From NCBI GenBank assembly GCA_040954595.2, contig CM082594.2, positions 580,208 through 644,207 of the forward strand: a stretch of DNA of 64,000 bases, given 5' to 3'. The notes under the pieces are model-generated. The model saw only the letters and a program-made list of their open reading frames with translations, had not been told where the DNA came from and searched no databases. A program made the translations under genes and the position numbers. How positions within the stretch are numbered: the stretch's first letter is position 1; each line of letters begins with the position of its first letter. Source of the DNA: Balanoglossus misakiensis (Eukaryota; Animalia; Hemichordata). This document shows positions 39,201 to 51,037 of this stretch, one piece after another.

Positions 39201-42200
39201 TCCCCCCCCCCCCTACATTATATGCGGTACGCCGATGTCAGCTTACCCGGCAGTACTGCAGGCCGTGCACCCAACTAACGTCGGTGTTTGAAACGCCCTG
39301 GTTAAATTCGGGCTTTCTCTATAAATTGACAGGCAATAATGCAGTCCTACCGGAACAAATGTCAAGTGTAGAACCGCTGTGACTTTCCCTGTTCGGTTTG
39401 CCCGACTTAGCCAACGTCTTTGTACTAGAGTGTCGGGTCTTTTGCAGAGCCAGGCCGAAGGAAATCCGACTTGATCACCGTTGCTAACGAACGCTAGTGT
39501 CTGTCATGGTGTGCCGGGGTTTTAGTCGAGCCAGGCCGTAGGAGATCTGACTTGATCATCGTGGTCAATGTACGCGTGTTTCCGCTCTAAAGTGCCGGGG
39601 CTTCAGCTAAACCAGGCCGTAGGAAATCCGACGTAATCACCGTTGATAACTTGCGCCAGTCTGTGTCATATAGAGCCGGTGCACCAGCCGAGTCACGCCG
39701 TAGGAAATCTGACTTGATCAACGTGGTCAATGTACGCCTGTTTCTGCTCTAGAGTGCCGGGGCTTCAGCTGAGCCAGGCCGTAGGAAACCCGACGTGATT
39801 ACCGTTGTTAACTTACGCCAGTCTGTGTCCTATATATAGTGCCGGGGCATCAGCCGTGCCAGGCCGAAGGAAATGTGAGTAGATCAACGTGGTCTCTGTA
39901 CGCGTGTTTCTGCTCTAGAGTGCCAGGGCTTTAGCCAAGCCATGCCGTAGGAAATCTGACTTGATCAACGTTGCTAACGAACGCTAGTGTCTGTCATAGT
40001 GTGCCATGGTTTTAGTCGAGCCAAGCCGTAGGAGATCAGACTTGATCAACGTGGTCTCTGTACGCGTGTTTCTGCTCTAGAGTGCCGGGGCTTTATCCAA
40101 GCCATGCCGTAGAAAATCTGACTTGATCACCGTTGCTAACGTACGCTAGTGTCTGTCATATTGTGACGGTGATTTAGCAGAGCCAGGCCGTAGAAAAATC
40201 GACATGTTCAACGTTACCAGTGTGCAACTGTTTCTGCTCTAGAGTGTCAGGGTTTTAGCCGACTTATGCTGTAGGAAATCTGAGTTGATGAATGGGAATT
40301 CAATGTTAGAAAACCCGTGTGGAAAGTATCTCTACCCGTTTGAAACTAAGAAAAGAATTTATTCTTATTTATTTTGTAAAAAAGACAATTTTTCGAAAAA
40401 AAGTCGAAAATGGTAATTTTGTCTTGGGTGATTAATTATACCGCCTTTTCTGGAATTTGCTGCACTTCTTACAAGAGAACGACACTTCATGCTCGATAAT
40501 ATTTCGGAAAATGAAGAAAAGAGTTATTTTTTTATGATTTTTTAAAAATTTACCATTTTTGTCAAAATATGGCCAAAATGGCTATTTTTTCTTGAATTCC
40601 GTCAATATATCTGCATTTTTGGAGTGGTCGAAAGTTTTAACATACAATCAACATGTCATATATGATCAGGGCACCAAATTCGAAGAACAAAGGTTTTTTT
40701 ATTTTTTTTCTTCTAAAAATGACATTTTCAAGGAAAATTTGGTAAAACGCAATTTTGTCTGCAGTGAGCCAAATTAGACGGTCTTTTGTGGAATTTGTAT
40801 CGATATATACATACGAAGAGCATTCTATACTCCATCAGATTTCCGAAAATGTAGAAAACAGGTATTTTTTTGTAATTTTCAAAAATTTACCATTTTGACC
40901 AAATTGTGGCTAAAATTGTTATTTTCGTGTTGAATGCCGCCAGTGTCACTGCTTTTAAAAGTCATAAAAACTTTTAACATACAAGCAATTGTTTATATAT
41001 GATCAGGTCACCGAATTAAAAAAATAAAGAATGTTTTGCGTAAAAATGACCTTTTTGGTGCAAAAACGAATAAAACGCAATTTTGTATTAAATCAGAATG
41101 CATTTTTTATAATCAGCACCATTTTTACATGTAATGGAAATTTAATACATCATCAGATATCCAAATATGAAAAAAATTATTTAGATTTTAGATGATTGTC
41201 CAAAATTAGCTGATATCTAATAAATGTAGTATTGAACCATTCTGTTCCCCCCCCCCTACATTATATGCGGTACGCCGATGTCAGCTTACCCGGCAGTACT
41301 GCAGGCCGTGCCCCCAACTAACGTCGGTGTTTGAAACGCTCTGGTTAAATTCGGGCTTTCTCTATAAATTGACAGGCAATAATGCAGTCCTACCGGAACA
41401 AATGTCGAGTGTTGACCCGCTGTGACTTTCCCTCTTCGGTTTGCCCGACTTAGCCAACGTCTTTGTACTAGAGTGTCGGGTCTTTTGCAGAGCCAGGCCG
41501 AAGGAAATCCGACTTGATCACCGTTGCTAACGAACGCTAGTGTCTGTCATGGTGTGCCGGGGTTTTAGTCGAGCCAGGCCGTAGGAGATCTGCCTTGATC
41601 ATCGTGGTCAATGTACGCGTGTTTCCGCTCTAAAGTGCCGGGGCTTCAGCTAAACCAGGCCGTAGGAAATCCGACGTAATCACCGTTGATAACTTACGCC
41701 AGTCTGTGTCATATAGAGCCGGTTCACCAGCCGAGTCACGCCGTAGGAAATCTGACTTGATCAACGTGGTCAATGTACGCCTGTTTCTGCTCTAGAGTGC
41801 CGGGGCTTCAGCTGAGCCAGGCCGTAGGAAACCCGACGTGATTACCGTTGTTAACTTACGCCAGTCTGTGTCCTATATATAGTGCCGGGGCATCAGCCGT
41901 GCCAGGCCGAAGGAAATGTTAGTCGATCAACGTGGTCTCTGTACGCGTGTTTCTGCTCTAGAGTGTCAGGGCTTTAGCAAAGCCATGCCGTAGGAAATCT
42001 GACTTGATCAACGTTGCTAACGAACGCTAGTGTCTGTCATAGTGTGCCGGGGTTTTAGTCGAGCCAAGCCGTAGGAGTTCAGACTTGATCAACGTGGTCT
42101 CTGTACGCGTGTTTCTGCTCTAGAGTGCCGGGGCTTTATCCAAGCCATGCCGTAGAAAATCTGACTTGATCACCGTTGCTAACGTACGCTAGTGTCTGTC

Positions 42201-44319
42201 ATATTTTGACGGAGATTTAGCCGAGCTAGGCCGTAGAAAAATCGACTTGTTCAACGTTACCAGTGTGCAACTGTTTCTGCTCTAGAGTGTCAGGGTTTTA
42301 GCCGACTTATGCTGTAGGAAATCTGAGTTGATGAACGGGAATTCAATGTTAGAAAACCCGTGTGGAAAGTATCTCTACCCGTTTGAAACTAAGAAAAGAA
42401 TTTATTCTTATTTATTTTGTAAAAAAGACAATTTTTCGGAAAATGTCGAAAATGGTAATTTTGACTTGGGTGATTCAAATTATACCGCCCTTTCTGGAAT
42501 TTGCAGCACTTTTTACAAGAGAACGACACTTCATGCTCCATAATATTTCCGAAAATGAAGAAAAGAGTTAATTTTTTAAGATTTTTTTAAAATTTACCAT
42601 TTTTGTCAACATATGGCCAAAATGGCTATTTTTTCTTGAATTCCGTCAATATCTCTGCATTTTTGGAGTGGTCGAAAGTTTTAACATACAATCAACATGT
42701 CATGTATGATCAGGGCACCAAATTCGAAGAACAAAGGTTTTTTTATTTTTTTTCTAAAAATGACATTTTCAAGGAAAATTTGGTAAAACGCAATTTTGTC
42801 TGCAGTGAGCCAAATTAGACGGTCTTTTGTGGAATTTGTATCGATATATACATACGAAGAGCATTCTATACTCCATCAGATTTCCGAAAATGTAGAAAAC
42901 AGGTATTTTTTGTAATTTTCAAAAATTTACCATTTTGACCAAATTGTGGCTAAAATTGTTATTTTCGTGTTGAATGCCGCCAGTGTCACTGCTTTTAAAA
43001 GTCAGAAAAACTTTTAACATACAAGCAATTGTTTATATATGATCAGGTCACCGAATTAAAAAAATAAAGAATGTTTTGCCTAAAAATGACCTTTTTGGTG
43101 CAAAAACGAATAAAACGCAACTTTGTATTAAATCAGCTCATTCAGAGTGCATTTTTATAATCAGCACCATTTTTACATATAATGGAAATTTCATACATCA
43201 TCAGATATCCAAATATGAAAAAATGAATTAGAAATATTTAAGATGATTGTCCAAAATTAGCTGATATCTGATAAATGTAGTATTGAACCGTTCTGTTTCC
43301 CCCCCCCCCCCCTACATAACATGCGGTACGCCGATGTCAGTTTACCCGGCAGTACTGCAGGCCGTGCCCCCAACTAACGTCGGTGTTTGAAACGCCCTGG
43401 TTAAATTCGAGCTTTCTCTACAAATTGACAGGCAATAATGCAGTCCTACCCGAACAAATGTCGAGTGTTGACCCGCTGTGACTTTCCCTCTTCGGTTTGC
43501 CCGACTTAGCCAACGTCTTTGTACTAGAGTGTCAGGTCTTTTGCAGAGCCAGGCCGAAGGAAATCCGACTTGATCACCGTTGCTAACGAACGCTAGTGTC
43601 TGTCATGGTGTGCCGGGGTTTTAGTCGAGCCAGGCCGTAGGAGATCTGACTTGATCATCGTGGTCAATGTACGCGTGTTTCCGCTCTAAAGTGCCAGGGC
43701 TTCAGCTAAACCAGGCCGTAGGAAATCCGACGTAATCACCCTTGATAACTTACGCCAGTCTGTGTCATATAGAGCCGGTGCACCTGCCGAGTCACGCCGT
43801 AGGAAATCTGACTTGATCAACGTGGTCAATGTACGCCTGTTTCTGCTCTAGAGTGCCGTGGCTTCAGCTGAGCCAGGCCGTAGGAAACCCGACGTGATTA
43901 CCGTTGTTAACTTACGCCAGTCTGTGTCCTATATATAGTGCCGGGGCATCAGCCGTGCCAGGCCGAAGGAAATGTGAGTAGATCAACGTGGTCTCTGTAC
44001 GCGTGTTTCTGCTCTAGAGTGCCAGGGCTTTAGCCAAGCCATGCCGTAGGAAATCTGACTTGATCAACGTTGCTAACGAACGCTAGTGTCTGTCATAGTG
44101 TGCCGGGGTTTCAGTCGAGCCAAGCCGTAGGAGATCAGACTTGATCAACCTGGTCTCTGTACGTGTGTTTCTGCTCTAGAGTGCCGGGGCTTTATCCAAG
44201 CCATGCCGTAGAAAATCTGACTTGATCACCGTTGCTAACGTACGCTAGTGTCTGTCATATTGTGACGGAGATTTAGCCGAGCCAGGCCCTAGAAAAATCG
44301 ACTTGTTCAACGTTACCAG
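30249..44319 (+). repeat. Macrosatellite array continued (about 7 units, one with a ~320-bp deletion)
   Basis: Landmark at ~30739, 32781, 34823, 36547, 38592, 40633 and 42677. The array resumes in register after the TSD. Confidence 0.98.
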
Positions 44320-44706
44320 TGTAGTAACCTCGATGTGCCGTCTCAAATGGCGCCCTAATTCACATCAAAGGCCACAGGGTTCTATAGTATTTGCCGTTAA
44401 CTAACTGGAGCTCACCATCGCCGACGAACATTCCTTGTCAGATGTCACAGAAAACGCTGCTCGGAACTTTACACGAACATTTAATGACTGAACATACAAC
44501 ACTGGCACTGGATGATGCGTCGCGGTGGTTGAAGTTTCCGTAGAAAACTGGCAAAAATCCCCAGGCTAACTGTGCAAAAGTCCTCACATGTGCGCCATGG
44601 AATTTTCCAGATATTTTCTAAACAAAAGCGCATGCGCTAATGTACTCACAGCGCGAGGGCGCTAGACTAAATATTTCAGTTTCTCTAAGAACTGGGCGTC
44701 CTTACA
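44320..44706 (-). repeat. 3' LTR (387 bp, TG..CA) of BEL/Pao element 1, left copy
   Basis: Reverse complement of 50651-51037, preceded on - by the purine-rich tract 'gggggctgg'. Confidence 0.9.
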
Positions 44707-45074
44707 CCAGCCCCCAAATTGTTCATGAAAAAACATTAACAATTTCCATCCTAGCAAATTCAAAACGCCAACATCCATATGTGCCGAAATTACATATCAA
44801 ATAGAAATTACAAAACAATATCTATAAATATCTCGAAACGCGAAGTCGAAAGTTTTTCAGGAAACGCGAATACAAGAATCCTTTTCTTCATGAATGTGAT
44901 GATACATCCTTGACCATGCCCAGACCTCGTCCGGTCAATCATGCTGCCAAGCATGATATCCAACACATCTGTACTTCAAAGATGAGATCAAACGCTGGAC
45001 GTAGTGGATAGACTGGCCACTACTTGAGATCGTTGTTATTACAGCTGCTGGTAACTGCAACCATACCAATACCA

Positions 45075-47994
45075 CTAAGTCTGTGCTTCCAGCAATGTGC
45101 ACAACTTATCATATGGTCTTTCTAAAACACTGGATCTGGTCTTCACCAATACTCGTCTCACCACCCCTTTCCGATCAGGCATAACTTTGACGATTACACC
45201 CAAAGGCCACGCATTTCTGGAGGTGTTCTCATCCTTTTCCAATACAAATCTGACAGATACTGCACTTGCTTCCATCTGTGTACAGCATACAAGTCGTTCT
45301 TCTCCGTCACACCAGGGGGTGTTGCTGCTCCCTTCATAGTAAGCAACATACTGGGTGTCAATGCTTTTAAGTCTCTAACGTCGTCCGACGATACTGTAAT
45401 CTCATGCGGTCCATCTGTACGACGACTTTTGTTCTTGGCACATCTCAACAATGTGTCACCCACTTTACGTATCCAGGCCACTGCTTTCTTCAGTTTATAC
45501 CAACTGGAGTAGTGGTCTATCATTTTCTGAACCGTCTCCTCCGCATTAACGGACATGGATCGATCCGCCCCTTTGTCAGGCGTCTGTCGTTCTCCCGAAA
45601 CAACAGGTACTGTTCCCAACACAACGGGTACAGTTTCTTCTTCCGACCTCAAGGCTATTCTATGCACTAGTGCAGATTTCTTCACCTCTGGATCTTCTGG
45701 ATCTAGCTGTGTATTGTAGCTATCACTTGGCCATTTGTCTTGTGTCTTCCGCAAGAAATCAGGACCACCTATCCATCTTTCGTTCTTCAGAAAAGCATCT
45801 GCCGGGTTGTCACTGGTATTAATGTAGCGCCAGTTCGCTGGGTCTGATCCTCCTCGAATCACTGCTAGTCTATTCGCCACGAAGGTATGAAATCTTGTGG
45901 TTTCGTTGTTTATGTACCGCAGCACGGTTTTGCTATCCGTCCAAAACACGGATTCATTGATTGGCAAATCCATCTCCTTTCTGAGAAGTTTGTCAAGCCT
46001 CACTGCTACAGTAGCTGCAGTTAATTCCATTTGTGGGATCGATATTTGCTTCAATGGAGCCACTCTTGCTTTGGCCATCATCAAAGTGCTGTGGATGTTT
46101 CCGCTTTTGTCGATCAACCTAAGATATGATACAGCGCCATATCCATTTTCGCTGGCATCAGCAAAATGATGTAGCTGAGCTGTGTCTACTTCACCAAAGT
46201 GCTCGGGCTTTATACATCTGGGTACTGCGAAACACTCTTCTAATTTCGGTAGATCCCTCAACCAATTCTCCCACACTTTGCGTTGTTTTCCAGGAATATC
46301 ATCATCCCAGCCTAGTTTTGCTTTACACAGCTGCTGCAAAAGCATCTTGGGTGGCAGAAGCGCTGGTGCTGCCATGCCCAGTGGGTCGTATAATGAACTA
46401 ACCACTCCTAGAATTCCTCGTCTGGTCGCTGGTTTCTCTTTAGTACGATTTCTGAATCCGAATTCGTCAGATTCCACGTTCCACTGCATACCGAGTGCAT
46501 GCTCCATTGGCAAGTCATCTCGCTCCAAGTCTAAGTTCTTCACCTCTATCGCCCTTTGTTCTTCAGGTATTGCTTCCAAAACTGGACGCGTATTGCTGAT
46601 CCACTTTGTGAGCTTGAACCCTGATTTCTTACAGGTGTCTGTCAGCCCTTCAGCCAAAGACTTTCCTTCCATCACTGTTGATGCTGCCTTCAACATGTCA
46701 TCAACGTAGAAGTTTCTAGATATGGTGTTCTTGACACTCAGATCAGAAGTATTGTCTGAAGCATTCTTCAACGCGAAGTTTGCACAACTGGGTGACGATG
46801 TAGCCCCGAAGATGTGCACTGTCATTCGGTACTCGACAGGAGGTTCCTCTACATTACCATTAGGCCACCACAGAAAACGCTGGAAATCTCGGTTTTCTTG
46901 CGACACGCCAACTTGAGAGAACATAGCCTCTATATCTGACATCAGTGCTATCCGCTCTTCACGAAAACGTATAAGCACTCCTACAAGTGAACTGGTCAGA
47001 TCCGGTCCTTGCATTAATTCCTTGTTCAAAGAAGTTCCCTTGTATTCTGCACCACAGTCGAAGACTACCCGGATTTTCTGTTTCTGTGGATGGTATACTC
47101 CATGATGGGGAAGATACCATTTCTTTCCAGGATTGCCTTCCAATTCTTCCTGTGGCACCCTTTCAGCATAGCCTTTGTCTATAATACTTTCCATGAAGGT
47201 AGTATATTCTTGACGATAGTCATCGTTGTTTCTAAATTTCTTTCCCAACTGAGAAAGCCGATATTCTACTGCCACTTTGTTGTTTGGCATCGTAACACCG
47301 TCATCACGAAACGGTAATGGCACCTGGTAATGACCATCAACAAACTGCGTTTGTTCGTACGCAATCTTCATGAACTTTCTATCTTCAACCGAATCTTCGG
47401 GTTTGTCATCTATGATGCGCTCGCTGAACTCGTGATTGAAGAGGTTGATTAACTGCTGATCAATCGCCGGTCCAACTTGTATTCTACAGACTGTTGCGGC
47501 AGTTTCATTTTCTGACACGCCAGCCCCCGTAAGGAAACCATTTACGAACCAGCCTAAACGGGTACGTACGGCAAATGGTCCATCTCCATTACTGTTTATC
47601 ACTTCCCATGGTTCAAACGCTTCAGGAACGTTACCACCGATGAGTAGGCCTATTTCCGCATCTATCTCAGGCAGGCGTACCTTACGCAAATAAGGATACT
47701 TGCCAATGTCATCTTGTGTAACGATGAGATCTTTCGAAGCAGGAATTTTCTCTTGCGTATATGTAGCTGGAAGTTTGATGATGTAATGCTCATCAAGATC
47801 TGAAACTTCTGGACCCTTGATAACACGACTATCAGCTGATTTACTTCCAGTGATAGTGTTCAGCATAATCTTTGTTTTCTTACCACCGACGTTCAGTTGT
47901 CGGCGAAGTGTTTCCGTACAGAATACTGTGTCACTGCCGTTGTCAATAAAGGCGTACGTTTGTACACTAAGACCACTCGATCTACATTTGACCT
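45075..47994 (-). pseudogene. BEL/Pao pol remnant (aspartic protease, RT, RNase H, deleted integrase), left arm
   Basis: AFIDNGSD protease, WYLPHH, RVVFD, FGATSSP, FYVDD, DPLG, HHFADAS, WTDS, NPAD. The integrase core is missing, there is a frameshift before WPLGVI, and gag and the 5' LTR are absent. Confidence 0.93.
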
Positions 47995-50282
47995 TGGTCA
48001 TTACCAGGTGCCATTACCGTTTCGTGATGACGGTGTTACGATGCCAAACAACAAAGTGGCAGTAGAATATCGGCTTTCTCAGTTGGGAAAGAAATTTAGA
48101 AACAACGATGACTATCGTCAAGAATATACTACCTTCATGGAAAGTATTATAGACAAAGGCTATGCTGAAAGGGTGCCACAGGAAGAATTGGAAGGCAATC
48201 CTGGAAAGAAATGGTATCTTCCCCATCATGGCGTATACCATCCACAGAAACAGAAAATCCGGGTAGTCTTCGACTGTGGTGCAGAATACAAGGGAACTTG
48301 TTTGAACAAGGAATTAATGCAAGGACCGGATCTGACCAGTTCACTTGTAGGAGTGCTTATACGTTTTCGTGAAGAGCGGATAGCACTGATGTCAGATATA
48401 GAGGCTATGTTCTCTCAAGTTGGCGTGTCGCAAGAAAACCGAGATTTCCAGCGTTTTCTGTGGTGGCCTAATGGTAATGTAGAGGAACCTCCTGTCGAGT
48501 ACCGAATGACAGTGCACATCTTCGGGGCTACATCGTCACCCAGTTGTGCAAACTTCGCGTTGAAGAAAGCTCCAGACAATACTTCTGATCTGAGTGTCAA
48601 GAACACCATATCTAGAAACTTCTACGTTGATGACATGTTGAAGGCAGCATCAACAGTGATGGAAGGAAAGTCTTTGGCTGAAGGGCTGACAGACACCTGT
48701 AAGAAATCAGGGTTCAAGCTCACAAAGTGGATCAGCAATACGCGTCCAGTTTTGGAAGCAATACCTGAAGAACAAAGGGCGATAGAGGTGAAGAACTTAG
48801 ACTTGGAGCGAGATGACTTGCCAATGGAGCATGCACTCGGTATGCAGTGGAACGTGGAATCTGACGAATTCGGATTCAGAAATCGTACTAAAGAGAAACC
48901 AGCGACCAGACGAGGAATTCTGGGAGTGGTTAGTTCATTATACGACCCACTGGGCATGGCAGCACCAGCGCTTCTGCCACCCAAGATGCTTTTGCAGCAG
49001 CTGTGTAAAGCAAAACTAGGCTGGGATGATGATATTCCTGGAAAACAACGCAAAGTGTGGGAGAATTGGTTGAGGGATCTACCGAAATTAGAAGAGTGTT
49101 TCGCAGTACCCAGATGTATAAAGCCCGAGCACTTTGGTGAAGTAGACACAGCTCAGCTACATCATTTTGCTGATGCCAGCGAAAATGGATATGGCGCTGT
49201 ATCATATCTTAGGTTGATCGACAAAAGCGGAAACATCCACAGCACTTTGATGATGGCCAAAGCAAGAGTGGCTCCATTGAAGCAAATATCGATCCCACGA
49301 ATGGAATTAACTGCAGCTACTGTAGCAGTGAGGCTTGACAAACTTCTCAGAAATGAGGTGGATTTGCCAATCAATGAATCCGTGTTTTGGACGGATAGCA
49401 AAACCGTGCTGCGGTACATAAACAACAAAACCACAAGATTTCATACCTTCGTGGTGAATAGACTAGCAGTGATTCGAGGAGGATCAGACCCAGCGAACTG
49501 GCGCTACATTAATACCAGTGACAACCCGGCAGATGAGTGCTCTAGAGGTCAGAAAATAGATGCTTTTCTGAAGAACGAAAGATGGATAGGTGGTCCTGAT
49601 TTCTTGCGGAAGACACAAGACAAATGGCCCAGTGATAGCTACAATACACAGCTAGATCCAGAAGATCCAGAGGTGAAGAAATCTGCACTAGTGCATAGAA
49701 TAGCCTTGAGGTCGGAAGAAGAAACTGTACCCGTTGTGTTGGGAACAGTACCTGTTGTTTCGGGAGAACGACAGACGCCTGACAAAGGGGCGGATCGATC
49801 CATGTCCGTTAATGCGGAGGAGACGGTTCAGAAAATGATAGACCACTACTCCAGTTGGTATAAACTGAAGAAAGCAGTGGCCTGGATACGTAAAGTGGGT
49901 GACACATTGTTGAGATGTGCCAAGAACAAAAGTCGTCGTACAGATGGACCGCATGAGATTACAGTATCGTCGGACGACGTTAGAGACTTAAAAGCATTGA
50001 CACCCAGTATGTTGCTTACTATGAAGGGAGCAGCAACACCCCCTGGTGTGACGGAGAAGAACGACTTGTATGCTGTACACAGATGGAAGCAAGTGCAGTA
50101 TCTGTCAGATTTGTATTGGAAAAGGATGAGAACACCTCCACAAATGCGTGGCCTTGGGTGTAATCGTCAAAGTTATGCCTGATCGGAAAGGGGTGGTGAG
50201 ACGAGTATTGGTGAAGACCAGATCCAGTGTTTTAGAAAGACCATATGATAAGTTGTGCACATTGCTGGAAGCACAGACTTAG
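47995..50282 (+). pseudogene. Inverted duplicate of the BEL/Pao pol remnant (RT, RNase H, deleted integrase), right arm
   Basis: From 47995 the sequence mirrors 47336 leftwards. It has the same motifs and the same integrase deletion. Confidence 0.93.
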
Positions 50283-50650
50283 TGGTATTGGTATGGTTGC
50301 AGTTACCAGCAGCTGTAATAACAACGATCTCAAGTAGTGGCCAGTCTATCCACTACGTCCAGCGTTTGATCTCATCTTTGAAGTACAGATGTGTTGGATA
50401 TCATGCTTGGCAGCATGATTGACCGGACGAGGTCTGGGCATGGTCTAGGATGTATCATCACATTCATGAAGAAAAGGATTCTTGTATTCGCGTTTCCTGA
50501 AAAACTTTCGACTTCGCGTTTCGAGATATTTATAGATATTGTTTTGTAATTTCTATTTGATATGTAATTTCGGCACATATGGATGTTGGCGTTTTGAATT
50601 TGCTAGGATGGAAATTGTTAATGTTTTTTCATGAACAATTTGGGGGCTGG

Positions 50651-51037
50651 TGTAAGGACGCCCAGTTCTTAGAGAAACTGAAATATTTAGTCTAGCGCCC
50701 TCGCGCTGTGAGTACATTAGCGCATGCGCTTTTGTTTAGAAAATATCTGGAAAATTCCATGGCGCACATGTGAGGACTTTTGCACAGTTAGCCTGGGGAT
50801 TTTTGCCAGTTTTCTACGGAAACTTCAACCACCGCGACGCATCATCCAGTGCCAGTGTTGTATGTTCAGTCATTAAATGTTCGTGTAAAGTTCCGAGCAG
50901 CGTTTTCTGTGACATCTGACAAGGAATGTTCGTCGGCGATGGTGAGCTCCAGTTAGTTAACGGCAAATACTATAGAACCCTGTGGCCTTTGATGTGAATT
51001 AGGGCGCCATTTGAGACGGCACATCGAGGTTACTACA
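50651..51037 (+). repeat. 3' LTR (387 bp) of BEL/Pao element 1, right copy
   Basis: tgtaaggacg...ggttactaca follows 'tgggggctgg'. It has ATTAAA at ~50872 and the same satellite junction as the left copy. Confidence 0.9.

Noticed and set aside
45097-49954. Antisense ORFs overlapping BEL pol (e.g. 175 aa at 46182 and 48622)
   Set aside because: Shadow ORFs, duplicated only because of the palindrome.
44320-51037. A DIRS-like or other novel element with inverted LTRs
   Set aside because: The symmetry extends into the flanking satellite, both LTRs follow a PPT, and there is no tyrosine recombinase. It is a post-insertion inverted duplication.
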